This document shows positions 41,500 to 51,753 of a DNA stretch of 64,000 bases, piece by piece. Both the position numbers and the translations under genes were made by a program. Position 1 is the stretch's first letter. Every line of letters starts with the position of its first letter. The notes under the pieces are model-generated. The model worked only from the letters and a program-made list of their open reading frames with translations. It did no database searches and was not told the origin of the DNA. Source of the stretch: an uncultured beta proteobacterium (GTDB lineage Bacteria; Pseudomonadota; Gammaproteobacteria; Burkholderiales; Burkholderiaceae_C); contig CAVTWT010000022.1 of NCBI GenBank assembly GCA_963738425.1, positions 2,680 to 66,679 on the forward strand, written 5' to 3'.

Positions 41500-42283
41500 T
41501 GAAGCGCCCACCGTCATAAGCCTGGGCCTCCGGAGATTGCGGGAAGCGTGCGCGCAACTGGCGGCCGAAGACCTCGACCGCATTGCGGTTGCCCGCCTTG
41601 TTTTCAATCCGCGCCGCCAGCCACAGCGTCTGTGCGTTGGAAAGTTCGTCGCGGTCGTTGACGCGGCGGATGTAGAAGCGCGCGCGCTCCAGCTCGCCGC
41701 GCCGGTACAGAACGTCGGCCAGGTTGTAGGCGGTGGTCGGGTTGGTCGGATCGACTTCGTAGGCACGCAACAGCTTCTGCTCGGCCGGCACCATGCGCCC
41801 GGCGCGCGCGCTGCAGATGCCTTGCGCCATCAGCGAGCGTGCCAGGTCGCGGTACTGTGGTGTCGCGATGGCCTGTTCGAACAGGCGGTCGGCATCGTCG
41901 TACTGGCCACGCTGGCACTTGAACCACGCGCGGTTGTGCATCGCGTCGGCATCGCGCGGGTTGAGCGACATCGCACGCTCGAAGCTGTCTTCGGCCAAGC
42001 GGTCTTCACCCATCGCGGCATAGACCAGGCCGCGCATGTTATGGGCCGCGCCCATGTCGGGCTTGGCCGCCAGCGCCAGCTTGATTTCATCGAGCGCGGT
42101 GTTGAACTGGCCGCGGCTGAAATAGCCACCCGCCAGTTCGAGGCGCACCGACGCGCGCTTTTCCGCATCGCTGGGATCGGAGGAGGTGCTGACGTTGGCA
42201 TCGGCCTGGCGCTGCGTGCCACCCGTCTGCACACAAGCGACGCCTGCCAAGGCCAGAGTTAACAGCGAAATGAGCAGTCGCAT
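41492..42283 (-). CDS. pilW: type IV pilus biogenesis/stability TPR lipoprotein PilW (PilF-like)
   Basis: 263 aa with lipobox LAGVAC and TPR repeats. The rlmN-pilW-rodZ-ispG order is conserved. Confidence 0.8.
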   Translation of the reverse strand: MRLLISLLTLALAGVACVQTGGTQRQADANVSTSSDPSDAEKRASVRLELAGGYFSRGQFNTALDEIKLALAAKPDMGAAHNMRGLVYAAMGEDRLAEDSFERAMSLNPRDADAMHNRAWFKCQRGQYDDADRLFEQAIATPQYRDLARSLMAQGICSARAGRMVPAEQKLLRAYEVDPTNPTTAYNLADVLYRRGELERARFYIRRVNDRDELSNAQTLWLAARIENKAGNRNAVEVFGRQLRARFPQSPEAQAYDGGRFND

Positions 42284-42286
42284 GGG

Positions 42287-43405
42287 TCAGGCGCGGTGCG
42301 CTGGTTGCGGGATCACGGGAATGCGGCGCAAGCGTTCATGCACGCGCGTGCGATCCTGCACCTCGCCAGCGAGCTGGCCGCAAGCGGCGTCGATGTCGTC
42401 TCCTCGCGTCTTGCGGATCGTCGTCACGAAACCTGCCGCCTGCAGCGCTTTGGCAAATCCGATCACACGCTCGCGCGGCGAGCGAACGAGGCCTGACGCG
42501 GGGAAGGGATTGAACGGAATCAGGTTGAACTTGCACGGTACGTCGGCGCGGCGCAGCAGGCGCACCAGCGCCTGCGCCTGCTCGGCACTGTCATTGACGC
42601 CGTCGAGCATGCAGTACTCGAATGTGATGAAGTCGCGCGGCGCCGTATCGAGGTAGCGCTTGCAAGCCTCGAGCAATTCGGCAATCGGGTACTTGCGGTT
42701 GATTGGCACCAGGTCGTTGCGCAGCGCGTCGTCGGGTGCGTGCAGCGACACGGCGAGCGCGACAGGACAGTCGTCGCGCAGGCGGTCGATCATCGGCACG
42801 ACACCCGAGGTGCTGACGGTGACGCGGCGGCGCGACAGGCCGTAGCCGTGATCGTCCAGCATCACGCGCAGCGCCGGCACCAAGGCAGCGTAGTTCTGCA
42901 GTGGCTCGCCCATGCCCATCATCACCACATTGCTGATGACACGAACTTCGGTGCCGAGTCGCTTGCGCAGTGCATGCTCGGCGTGCCACAACTGGGCGAC
43001 GATCTCGCCGGTGGTCAGGTTGCGGCTGAAACCTTGATGCCCCGTCGAGCAGAAGCGGCAGCCGACCGCACAGCCGGCCTGCGACGAGATGCACAGCGTG
43101 CCACGGTCATCTTCCGGAATGAAGACCGTCTCGATCGCATTGCCGGCGCCGACGTCGAACAGCCACTTCACCGTGCCGTCGGCCGACGTGTGTTCAGACA
43201 CGACTTTCATCGGCGTAATCGTCGCCGCGTCGGCGAGTTTGTCGCGCAGCGACCTGGCCAGATCGCTCATCTGCGCGAAGTCGCCGGCGCCCTTCTGGTG
43301 GATCCAGCGAAAGAGCTGCGTCGCCCGAAAGCGCTTCTCGCCCAGGCTTTCGCAGAAGGCCGCCATCCCTTCGAGATCGAAATCGAGAAGGTTCGCCGCG
43401 GCCAT
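42287..43405 (-). CDS. rlmN: 23S rRNA/tRNA (adenine-C2)-methyltransferase, radical SAM
   Basis: 372 aa with ...[18 protein letters not shown]... (CxxxCxxC). Confidence 0.95.
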   Translation of the reverse strand: MAAANLLDFDLEGMAAFCESLGEKRFRATQLFRWIHQKGAGDFAQMSDLARSLRDKLADAATITPMKVVSEHTSADGTVKWLFDVGAGNAIETVFIPEDDRGTLCISSQAGCAVGCRFCSTGHQGFSRNLTTGEIVAQLWHAEHALRKRLGTEVRVISNVVMMGMGEPLQNYAALVPALRVMLDDHGYGLSRRRVTVSTSGVVPMIDRLRDDCPVALAVSLHAPDDALRNDLVPINRKYPIAELLEACKRYLDTAPRDFITFEYCMLDGVNDSAEQAQALVRLLRRADVPCKFNLIPFNPFPASGLVRSPRERVIGFAKALQAAGFVTTIRKTRGDDIDAACGQLAGEVQDRTRVHERLRRIPVIPQPAHRA

Positions 43406-43409
43406 CGAT

Positions 43410-43835
43410 CTATCGCGAGTAGACGTTCATGCCAGGAAAGAAGAATCCGATTTCCACCGCGGCGGTCTCCGGCGCGTCAGAGCCATGCACCGAATTGGCA
43501 TCGATGCTGTCGGCAAAGTCGGCGCGGATGGTGCCCTTGTCGGCCTTCTTCGGATCCGTCGCGCCCATCAGTTCACGGTTCTTCGCGATCGCGTTCGGGC
43601 CCTCGAGGACCTGGATCATCACCGGGCCTGAGATCATGAACTTGACCAGGTCATTGAAGAACGGTCGCGCCTTGTGCACAGCGTAGAAGGCTTCGGCCTC
43701 GCCCTTGGACAGGTGGGCCATCTTCGCGGCGACGACTTTCAGGCCGGCGCCTTCGAAGCGGGTGTAGATCTGTCCGATGACATTCTTGGCCACTGCGTCG
43801 GGCTTGATGATGGACAACGTACGTTCGATCGCCAT
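43410..43835 (-). CDS. ndk: nucleoside-diphosphate kinase
   Basis: 141 aa, [28 protein letters not shown]...NSVHGSD... Confidence 0.97.
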   Translation of the reverse strand: MAIERTLSIIKPDAVAKNVIGQIYTRFEGAGLKVVAAKMAHLSKGEAEAFYAVHKARPFFNDLVKFMISGPVMIQVLEGPNAIAKNRELMGATDPKKADKGTIRADFADSIDANSVHGSDAPETAAVEIGFFFPGMNVYSR

Positions 43836-43896
43836 GATGGAAAACTCTCCGAAAAATCAATGACTTGGCAAAGCCTTGGATTCTAGCCGTTGAACT

Positions 43897-45993
43897 TCAG
43901 CGGCCTGTGCGCGGACCGCCTCGGCCACCACCGGCGCCACCGCGGCCCCCTCCACCGCCACCGCTGCCACGACGTCGGCCACCGCCGCCACCCTTCTTGC
44001 CGAGGAAGGCGTCGCCGCCGATGTAGCCGACGGCCGTGCGCATCGGATCGGGCTGCGCGCCACCGGGCTTGGCTCCACCGCCGGCGCCGCCTCGTTTCTT
44101 GCCCCGGCCGCGTTGGCCGCCGCTCGGTCCGCCCCCATTTGCGCCAGCGCCTGAGCCTTTCGGTGGGCCCTTGTGAAGACGTTTGTCGTAGGTCTGCTGC
44201 AGAGGGTTCGGGATCGGCGCGTCGTCGTCGAGTTCACGCTGCGGTGCGCGCGTGGCGGCCTTGAGCGCACGCTGATCAAAGGTTTGCTGCAGCGGGTTCG
44301 GGATCGGGGCGTCGTCGCCGAGGTCGCGCTTCTTGCGTTCCTCGCGGATCGCGCGTTGATCGAAAGTTTGTTGCAGCGGGTTCGGGATGTTGGTGAAGTC
44401 GGCTGGCTCTGCCGCCACATCGTCGTGATGGTCCTTGAACTCGTGCTCGCGCGCCTTCAGCGCCGCATCGCCAAACCCTTCGTGCAGGTTGTACTTGCCG
44501 CCACGCCGCTTCTTGACGATGACATGCGCTTCGTGCGAGAGCGGCTGGCTCGGCTCGCGGGCCTCGCGGGGTGGACGCGACTCGCGCGGCTCGCGCGGTT
44601 CACGACGGGCTTGAGGCGGCCGCGGTTCGTGCTGGCCGTCACGCGCCTCGCCACCGCGCCGGTTCTGGCCACGACCCTCTCGGCCATCGCGTTGATCGCC
44701 GCCACGCGGCTTGCTGGCGTTGCCACGCCCTTCGCCCAGGCCGGTCATGAAGCGCAGCAACTTCACATCGTCCGGCGACAAGTCCACCGCGGCGCCACGC
44801 TTCAAGCCACGCGGCAGCACCACCGTGCCGTAGCGGATGCGGATCAGCCGGCTCACCGCCAGACCGACGGCGTCGAACAGCCGGCGCACCTCGCGATTGC
44901 GGCCCTCTGCGATCTTGACGCGGTACCAATGGTTGACGCCTTCGCCGCCGCCATCGTCGATGCTCAGAAACGCCGCGGTCTGGCCCTCGATCGGCACACC
45001 GCCAAGCAAACGCGCGCGCGATTCATCGGTCAGCTTGCCCAACACACGCACCGCGTATTCGCGCTCGATACCAAAACGCGGGTGCATCAAGCGGTTGGCG
45101 AGTTCACCGGACGTGGTGAACAGCAGCAAGCCTTCGGTATTGATATCCAGGCGGCCGACCGATTGCCACTTGCCGTGCAAGAGGCGCGGCAGCCGGCGGA
45201 ACACCGTCGGACGGCCTTCCGGGTCGTCCAGCGTCACTACCTCGCCAACCGGCTTGTGGTATGCCAGCACGCGTGTCGGCAGCGGCGCAATGCGCACGCG
45301 CACAGGCTTGCCGTCGATCGCCACCTGGTCGCCCCAGGAGACGCGTTGGCCCACATGCGCGACCTCGCCATTCACGCTGACACGGCCGTCGACGATCATC
45401 TGTTCCAGATCGCGCCGCGAGCCGACACCGGATTGGGCGAGCACTTTCTGCAGCTTCGGCGCTTCGACATCAGGCGCCAGGATGCGGCGCTCGGGCGCAG
45501 CGTCGGTGGCCGCGCCTTCGGCTTCCGCGGCCGGCGATGACGCCGGCGCGTCGATCACTTCGTCAGCCGGCTGCTCAAGCGTGGTCGGTGTGTCGTCGTT
45601 GTCGAAGCTGCCGTCTTGCACGATCGCAAAGAGCTCGCCAGCATCGGGCATCGGCGGGCGCACAGCGCCATCGGCCACAGGCGCACCCGTGCCGCCTTCT
45701 CTGCCTTCTCTGCCTTCCTTGCCTTTGCGGCCGCGACGACGCTTGCGCCGTGGGCGTTGCGATGCGGCGCCACTTTCTTCCGGATCCCCTGGCGACGCCT
45801 CGGCCGCATCGACTGCCGCAGCCGGCGCCGCCGGCTCTGCCTCAGCGGCAGGCGCGACGGCCTCAGCCGGCTGTGAATCTTCAGCCGCAACCACCTTGGC
45901 CGGCGCACGCCGCCGCCGCGGGCGGGGCGCCGGCGTCTCCTCAGTGGGCGCCACAGCAGGCAAGGCGTCGTCGGCGTCAGGGTCGTGGCTCAT
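43897..45993 (-). CDS. rluB: 23S rRNA pseudouridine synthase RluB-type with very long disordered N- and C-terminal extensions
   Basis: The S4 domain ([30 protein letters not shown]) and the RsuA/RluB catalytic core (...[14 protein letters not shown]...) occupy only the middle of a 698-aa ORF. Confidence 0.88.
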   Translation of the reverse strand: MSHDPDADDALPAVAPTEETPAPRPRRRRAPAKVVAAEDSQPAEAVAPAAEAEPAAPAAAVDAAEASPGDPEESGAASQRPRRKRRRGRKGKEGREGREGGTGAPVADGAVRPPMPDAGELFAIVQDGSFDNDDTPTTLEQPADEVIDAPASSPAAEAEGAATDAAPERRILAPDVEAPKLQKVLAQSGVGSRRDLEQMIVDGRVSVNGEVAHVGQRVSWGDQVAIDGKPVRVRIAPLPTRVLAYHKPVGEVVTLDDPEGRPTVFRRLPRLLHGKWQSVGRLDINTEGLLLFTTSGELANRLMHPRFGIEREYAVRVLGKLTDESRARLLGGVPIEGQTAAFLSIDDGGGEGVNHWYRVKIAEGRNREVRRLFDAVGLAVSRLIRIRYGTVVLPRGLKRGAAVDLSPDDVKLLRFMTGLGEGRGNASKPRGGDQRDGREGRGQNRRGGEARDGQHEPRPPQARREPREPRESRPPREAREPSQPLSHEAHVIVKKRRGGKYNLHEGFGDAALKAREHEFKDHHDDVAAEPADFTNIPNPLQQTFDQRAIREERKKRDLGDDAPIPNPLQQTFDQRALKAATRAPQRELDDDAPIPNPLQQTYDKRLHKGPPKGSGAGANGGGPSGGQRGRGKKRGGAGGGAKPGGAQPDPMRTAVGYIGGDAFLGKKGGGGGRRRGSGGGGGGRGGAGGGRGGPRTGR
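44185..44400 (-). repeat. three imperfect tandem DNA repeats inside rluB encoding IPNPLQQT(F/Y)D(Q/K)R
   Basis: The units are ggtctgctgcagagggttcgggatcgg (about 44191), ggtttgctgcagcgggttcgggatcgg (about 44281) and agtttgttgcagcgggttcgggatgtt (about 44365). Confidence 0.85.
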
Positions 45994-46676
45994 GAGGCAG
46001 TGGATTCGGAGTCGTCGTAGATCGGCAGGGGCTGCGCGGCGGTGTCGCCAGCGTGGTCTTCAGCATCGAGCGCGAGCGAGGTTTGGCCGTCAGCGGAGAC
46101 AACGGCGTCCATCAAGCCGGGCTGGCCGGCAAGCGCGTCGGCGATGCGCTGCTCGCCGCTGCCGCCGGCAGCATCGAGCTCGGGCAACTGATCCAGGCTG
46201 GCCAGGCCCAGGTCATCGAGAAAGTGGCGCGTGGTCGCATACAACGCAGGACGGCCCGGCGCCTCGCGGTGACCGATCGACTCGATCCAACCGCGGTCTT
46301 CGAGCTGCTTGACGATCTGGCTGCCGACCGCAACACCGCGAATGTCCTCGATATCGCCACGCGTCACCGGCTGACGGTAGGCAACGATGGCCAGCGTCTC
46401 CAGGACGGCACGTGAATACCGGGGCGGTTTCTCGGGATTCAGGCGGTCGAGGTACTCGCGCATCTCGGGCCGGCTCTGGAACCGCCAGCCTCCGGCCAAA
46501 GGCACCAGCTCGACACCGCGGCCTTCCCACTCGCGCACCAGCTCATCGAGCAAGCTCTTCAGCGTGTCGTTGCCGACCTGGTCATCGAACAAGGCACGCA
46601 GCGCTGCCAACGGCAGCGGCTGGTGGGCGCAAATGAGCGCGGTCTCGAGGACGCGTTTGGCCTCAGGCGTGTTCAT
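45990..46676 (-). CDS. scpB: segregation and condensation protein B
   Basis: ...[26 protein letters not shown]... is a winged-helix ScpB pattern. ATG 46676 is used because the ORF-track start 46718 is TTG. The stop overlaps the rluB ATG (ATGA). Confidence 0.85.
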   Translation of the reverse strand: MNTPEAKRVLETALICAHQPLPLAALRALFDDQVGNDTLKSLLDELVREWEGRGVELVPLAGGWRFQSRPEMREYLDRLNPEKPPRYSRAVLETLAIVAYRQPVTRGDIEDIRGVAVGSQIVKQLEDRGWIESIGHREAPGRPALYATTRHFLDDLGLASLDQLPELDAAGGSGEQRIADALAGQPGLMDAVVSADGQTSLALDAEDHAGDTAAQPLPIYDDSESTAS

Positions 46677-46831
46677 GCAAACAGTGTGTGGATGCGCCGG
46701 AAGGGCCGGCGGCTTCAATCATCAGGTCGGGTGACGGGCTGTAGAGCACCGGAGCGCAGGGAGGCTGCGCAAGCTCTTCGAGCCGCGGCCCCGGCGGTGT
46801 GGCTGGGCCGTTGCGGCCAGGGCAGTTGACC

Positions 46832-47821
46832 TCATTGTAGCGGCAGCGCGGTGGCCCCGGCCACTTGTTTCCAGGCAGCCTGCAAATCCGCCGGCAAGGC
46901 CGACTCGAACCGCAGCGCTTTGCCGTTCACCGGATGGGCGAAGCCAAGCCGGGCCGCGTGCAGGGCCTGGCGCGTCATCGCCAATGCGGCCGCGCCACCG
47001 TAGAGTGCGTCGGCCACCAGCGGATGACCGCGCGAGGCCAGGTGCACGCGGATCTGGTGGGTGCGGCCGCTATGTAGGCGGCACAGCACGGCGCTGAACT
47101 TCGCATCAGCGGCCACCCGGGCCACGTCGGTTCGCGCTGCTTTGCCACCCGCGACCACGGCCATGCGCACCCGCGACACCGGGTCGCGGCCGATCGGCGC
47201 TTCGATCGAGAACGGCGCGGCCGGCACCACGCCGTGCACCAGCGCCAGGTACTCACGCTGCACGTCGCGGGCAGCGATGGCGCGCGTCAGCGCTGTCATC
47301 GACTCGAGGGTCTTGGCCACGACCATCAGGCCCGAGGTGTCCTTGTCAAGGCGATGGACCACCCCCGCCCGTGGCAGTTGCGCGGCCCCGCGGTGATGCG
47401 CCAACAGGCCGTTGAGCAAGGTGCCGCGCCAGTTGCCGGGGGCGGGATGCACGACCAGGCCCGCCGGCTTGTCGATGACGATGATGTGCTCGTCTTCGAA
47501 CGCCACCGCCAGCACCATCGTCTCCGGCGTGAAAGCCAGGCACTCATCGGTGGGCTGCAGTTCGATGACAACGGACTGGCCTGCCTTCAAGCGCCGCGAC
47601 GCGGTGCGCGCGACCGCGTCATCGACCGTTACCAGGCCGCGTTCGATCAGACCCTGCAAGTGGCTGCGCGAAAACTCGGGCGCCTGCGACACCAGCAGCT
47701 TGTCCAGACGCTCGCCATGGCCGACGGCATCCACAGTGAAGCGGCGCTGCTCCGCATCGGCGTCACGCAGGTCATCGGCGCTCGCGTCTCTATAATCGCT
47801 ACCGTTTTCTACAGAGGACAT
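46832..47821 (-). CDS. rluD: 23S rRNA pseudouridine(1911/1915/1917) synthase RluD
   Basis: 329 aa with an S4 domain and the ...HRLDKDTSGLMVVAK... catalytic motif. It is divergent from bamD, as in E. coli. Confidence 0.93.
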   Translation of the reverse strand: MSSVENGSDYRDASADDLRDADAEQRRFTVDAVGHGERLDKLLVSQAPEFSRSHLQGLIERGLVTVDDAVARTASRRLKAGQSVVIELQPTDECLAFTPETMVLAVAFEDEHIIVIDKPAGLVVHPAPGNWRGTLLNGLLAHHRGAAQLPRAGVVHRLDKDTSGLMVVAKTLESMTALTRAIAARDVQREYLALVHGVVPAAPFSIEAPIGRDPVSRVRMAVVAGGKAARTDVARVAADAKFSAVLCRLHSGRTHQIRVHLASRGHPLVADALYGGAAALAMTRQALHAARLGFAHPVNGKALRFESALPADLQAAWKQVAGATALPLQ

Positions 47822-47850
47822 GGGCTGCGATTGTCGGCCCTGTGCAGACC

Positions 47851-48654
47851 ATGTTTCGACCGTCCCGACGCGTGCTGTGTTTGCTCGCCGCCGCTGTCTT
47901 TGCTGCGGCTTGTGGCACGAGCGACAAGATCGACCCGAACTCGACCAAGGCGGTTGAAGCGCTCTACGCCGAAGGCAAGGACGAACTGGCCAGCGGCGGC
48001 TACGAGCGCGCGATCAAGATCTTCGAGCGCGTCGAGGGTCGCGCCGCCGGCACGCTGCTGGCGCAACAAGCGTCGCTCGACCTGGCCTATGCGCAGCATC
48101 GCAGCAACGACCGCGCTGCAGCGCTGGCCACGCTCGACCGCTTTATCAAGCTGCACCCTTCGAGCCCAGCCCTCGACTACGCGCTCTACCTGCGAGGCGT
48201 TGCCAATTTCAACGACAAGCTCGGCATCTTGTCGGCGCTGTCGCGCCAGGATCTGTCGGAGCGCGACCAGCAGGCCTCACGCGACGCCTATCAGTCATTT
48301 CGCCAGGTGGTCGAACAGTTTCCGCAGTCGCGATACGCCGCCGATTCCAAGCTGCGCATGGACTACATCGTCAACGCACTGGCCGAGTACGAACTGCACG
48401 TCTCGCGCTACTACTTCCGACGCGGCGCCTATGTCGCGGCGGCCAACCGCGCGCAGCAGGTGTTGCTCGAGTTTCCGCAGGCACCGGCCACCGAAGAGGC
48501 GCTGTTCCTGATGGCGACCAGCTACCAGCAGCTCGGTCTGGACGTGCTGCGAAACGACGCGCAGCGCGTGCTGGAGAAGAACTTTCCGAAAAGCCGGTTT
48601 CTGAGCGGCGAAGCCGCGGCGCAGTCAACGAAGTCCTGGTGGCAGTTCTGGTGA
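47851..48654 (+). CDS. bamD: outer membrane protein assembly factor BamD
   Basis: MFRPSRRVLCLLAAAVFAAACG is a lipobox, followed by a TPR-like body. GTG 47842 is an alternative start. Confidence 0.92.
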   Translation: MFRPSRRVLCLLAAAVFAAACGTSDKIDPNSTKAVEALYAEGKDELASGGYERAIKIFERVEGRAAGTLLAQQASLDLAYAQHRSNDRAAALATLDRFIKLHPSSPALDYALYLRGVANFNDKLGILSALSRQDLSERDQQASRDAYQSFRQVVEQFPQSRYAADSKLRMDYIVNALAEYELHVSRYYFRRGAYVAAANRAQQVLLEFPQAPATEEALFLMATSYQQLGLDVLRNDAQRVLEKNFPKSRFLSGEAAAQSTKSWWQFW

Positions 48655-48658
48655 TGCG

Positions 48659-50644
48659 CTAGGTGTGGCTCGCTGCCAGTTCAGCCAGCCAAGACAAGGC
48701 GTCTGACTCGACGTCAAGCCGCGACATTGGCGGCAAGGCTGCGATCAGGCGCTTGCCATAGGGCATGCGCGCAATCCGTGGGTCGCAGATCACGAGCAAG
48801 CCGCGATCGGTTTCGCTGCGCACCAGGCGGCCGGCACCCTGCTTCAGCGACACAGCCGCATCGGCAACAAAACACTCGTTGAACGGATTGCGGCCCTCGG
48901 CTTCGAGTTGCTTGACGCGCGCCTCGATCAACGGATCGTTCGGCGGCGGGAACGGCAGCTTGTCGATCAACACGCATTGCAGCGCGTCGCCGGGCACATC
49001 GATGCCTTCCCAGAACGTTTGCGAGCCGACGAGCACGGCGGCGGGCGCGGCGAGAAAGCGCTGCAACAGCGCACGCTTCGGGCCGCTGCCCTGCACCAGC
49101 ACTTCGACTTGCGTCGCGCCGGCGGCATCGAGCCCCGCGCGCAAGGTGTCGGCCACCAGCGGCAGCGCGCGCAGCGTCGTCGTCAGCACGAAGGTGCGGC
49201 CGTTCAAGGCTGCGGCGCAGCGCGCGGCCAGCTCGGCAACGGCGGTGGCATGGCCTGCTTCGTTCGGCTTTGGGAAGCGCGGTGGCACATACAGGCGCGC
49301 GTGGTTCGCATAGTCGAACGGGCTGCCGACGCGCAGCTTGCGCGCGTCCTCCAGCGCCGCCGAGCGCGTGAACCAGGTCAGCGCCTCGTCGTCGCCGAGC
49401 GTGGCCGAGGTGAAGATCCAGGTCTTCTGCGCCTTCGCGCGCTGCTCGGTGATGACCTCGCGGATGTCGAGCGGCGACTCGATCAAGCGCACCGCGTGGG
49501 TTGACAAGTCGACCCATCGCACGCGATCGGCTGCACCCTCTTGCGCGAAGACCTGTGCCGCCGTGGCCAGGGCCGCCGCGCGTTCGGCGAGGCGGCCGAG
49601 ATCGGGGCCGACATCGATTGCCGCGTGCAAGGCGTCGTGCGCCGCGCTTGCAGTCTCGACCAGCGACGCCAGCGCTTGGGCAAACGCCGGCTGCCCTGCA
49701 CGCTCGCTCCAGCGCAGTTTGAGCAGCGCACGCACCTCGCGCAGGGGCCCGGCCGCAGCCAGACGAAGCTCGCGGGCATCGCGTTCGATCGCACCGGCCA
49801 GCGCCGCCCAGTCCGCCAGCCCGCGCGCTTGGGCCAAGCCGACCGCAAGCAGGTCGCGCGCAAAGTCGATCAGCTGCGAACTGCCGAGCGTGAGACCGAG
49901 GAACTGCACGCCGGCGTCTGCCAGTTGATGCGCCTCGTCGAACACCACCGCCTCGACGCTCGGCAACAGCTCGGCCATGCCGGTGTCACGCACGGCCAGG
50001 TCGGCGAAAAAGAGATGGTGGTTGATGACGACGAGATCGGCGGCCATCGCTTCGCGCCGCGCCTTGACGACGTGGCAGGCAGCGAACTGAGGGCAGTCGC
50101 TGCCCAGGCAGTTCTCGCGCGTCGAGGTCACCAGCGGGATCACGGGCGAACGTTCGTCGAGGCCGTCGATCTCCGCCAGATCGCCGCTTTTTGTGGATGG
50201 TGCCCAGGCCTCGATGCGCGACACCGCACGCATCGCGAAACGGTCCGGCAGCTCAAAACCCTGACGCACCTGTTGCAGCCGATGCAGGCAGAGGTAGCTC
50301 GAACGCCCCTTGAGCAGCGCCACGCGCACCGGCACGCCGAGTGCATCGACCAGTCGCGGCAGATCGCGCAGAAAGAGCTGGTCTTGCAGGCTCTTGGTGG
50401 CGGTGGAGACGAGCGCACGCCTGCCTGAGAGCAGCAGCGGCACGAGGTAGGCGAACGTCTTGCCGACGCCAGTGCCCGCCTCTGCGACCAGCGCTTCACC
50501 GTCTTCGATGGCCGAGGCCACGGCCTGGGCGAACCGTTGCTGAACCTCGCGTTCGGTGTAGCTGGGGTCGGCAGCGGCCAGCGCACCGCCGCTGCCGAAC
50601 GCCTGGCTCACGGCGTCGGCCAGAGATGAAGGCGTGGCGGTCAA
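48659..50644 (-). CDS. dinG: ATP-dependent DNA helicase, DinG/YoaA (Rad3/XPD-like) family
   Basis: 661 aa with Walker A ...AEAGTGVGKTFAYL..., DEAH (VFDEAHQL) and a 4-Cys Fe-S region. The ORF-track start codon is TTG. Confidence 0.85.
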   Translation of the reverse strand: MTATPSSLADAVSQAFGSGGALAAADPSYTEREVQQRFAQAVASAIEDGEALVAEAGTGVGKTFAYLVPLLLSGRRALVSTATKSLQDQLFLRDLPRLVDALGVPVRVALLKGRSSYLCLHRLQQVRQGFELPDRFAMRAVSRIEAWAPSTKSGDLAEIDGLDERSPVIPLVTSTRENCLGSDCPQFAACHVVKARREAMAADLVVINHHLFFADLAVRDTGMAELLPSVEAVVFDEAHQLADAGVQFLGLTLGSSQLIDFARDLLAVGLAQARGLADWAALAGAIERDARELRLAAAGPLREVRALLKLRWSERAGQPAFAQALASLVETASAAHDALHAAIDVGPDLGRLAERAAALATAAQVFAQEGAADRVRWVDLSTHAVRLIESPLDIREVITEQRAKAQKTWIFTSATLGDDEALTWFTRSAALEDARKLRVGSPFDYANHARLYVPPRFPKPNEAGHATAVAELAARCAAALNGRTFVLTTTLRALPLVADTLRAGLDAAGATQVEVLVQGSGPKRALLQRFLAAPAAVLVGSQTFWEGIDVPGDALQCVLIDKLPFPPPNDPLIEARVKQLEAEGRNPFNECFVADAAVSLKQGAGRLVRSETDRGLLVICDPRIARMPYGKRLIAALPPMSRLDVESDALSWLAELAASHT

Positions 50645-50844
50645 GCGGGTTCCGGCGGATCGACCAAGGCTTCCAACCGCGAAATCTGGTCGCGAAGCAG
50701 CAGACGGCGTTTCTTCAGCCGGCGCAGTGCCAGATCATCGAGCGGTGTCTGCTCCGCGGCACGGTCGATCAAGCTGTCGAGATCGGCGTGCTCCATGCGC
50801 AGCTCGATCAGGCGTCGCTGGGGCGAGTGCAGATTCTGGTCCAT
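50641..50844 (-). CDS. DUF465 (YdcH-like) small coiled-coil protein
   Basis: ATG 50844 gives MDQNLHSPQRRLIELRMEHADLDSLIDRAAEQTPLDDLALRRLKKRRLLLRDQISRLE..., which is the DUF465 pattern. Confidence 0.7.
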   Translation of the reverse strand: MDQNLHSPQRRLIELRMEHADLDSLIDRAAEQTPLDDLALRRLKKRRLLLRDQISRLEALVDPPEPA

Positions 50845-50938
50845 CGTGTGTTGCCGACGAGTGTAGGCGTGCGGCACGAGTTCACATCTGGGCACCATCG
50901 CGCGTCGGGCACACGGAGGCTTCCCGTATATTCCTCGG

Positions 50939-51730
50939 ATGTCCTCACCCACCCCGTCGCAACCCGCCTACCGCCTGAATGGCGCCACCGGCATGCACCG
51001 GGGCGACCGCCAGTACCAGCAAGATCAGGTCGAGTTGATCGCACACACGCGCGTCCCGGGTTGCGCGCTGGCCGTGTTGGCCGACGGCATGGGCGGCAAG
51101 AGCGGCGGCCGCAAGGCAGCCGACCAGGTGATCATGGTGGCGCGCCAGCTTTACGAGCGCCATGTGCCGGAAAAGGACGATGCGACCGAGCTGCTGACCC
51201 AGGTGGTGCAGGAATCGCATCTGATGATCAAGCTGACGGCGATGACGGCCGAGGAAGAGCCTCACAGCACGATCGCTGCCTTCATCGTCGGACCCAACCG
51301 GCGCTGCGACGTCGTGCATGCCGGCGATTCGAGGGTCTATCACTTTCGTGGCTCCGAGATGGTCAGCCGCACGATCGATCATTCCTACGTGCAACGGCTG
51401 ATCGACGAAGGCCAGATCACCGAGGAAGAAGCGAACACTCATCCGCAGTCGAACCTGTTGACGGGATGCCTGGGCACGCATGCCGATCCGCCGCTGGCCG
51501 TGCGCGAGTTGGGCACGCTCGAGGTGGGTGACTCGGTGCTGGCCTGCAGCGACGGCCTGTGGCACTACTTCACGCCGCGCGAGATCGGCGCCATCGTGCA
51601 CACGCTGCCGGCGCGCGAGGCGAGCGAGATGCTGGTCTCGAAGGCGCGCCAGCGCGCTCGGGGTGGTGGCGACAACCTGTCGCTGGCGCTGGTGCGCATC
51701 GACACGCTGGAAAACCTACCGCGACGCTGA
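50939..51730 (+). CDS. PP2C-family Ser/Thr protein phosphatase
   Basis: 263 aa with the ...LADGMGG... and ...ACSDGLW... metal-binding motifs. Confidence 0.85.
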   Translation: MSSPTPSQPAYRLNGATGMHRGDRQYQQDQVELIAHTRVPGCALAVLADGMGGKSGGRKAADQVIMVARQLYERHVPEKDDATELLTQVVQESHLMIKLTAMTAEEEPHSTIAAFIVGPNRRCDVVHAGDSRVYHFRGSEMVSRTIDHSYVQRLIDEGQITEEEANTHPQSNLLTGCLGTHADPPLAVRELGTLEVGDSVLACSDGLWHYFTPREIGAIVHTLPAREASEMLVSKARQRARGGGDNLSLALVRIDTLENLPRR

Positions 51731-51753
51731 CCGGCGGCTCCGCTCGGAGTCGA

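Noticed and set aside
43897-44170. GGC/GCC-rich low-complexity tract, considered as a non-coding tandem repeat, G-quadruplex array or CRISPR-like structure
   Set aside because: It lies in frame within rluB and encodes the Gly/Arg tail. There is no repeat-spacer periodicity and there are no cas genes.
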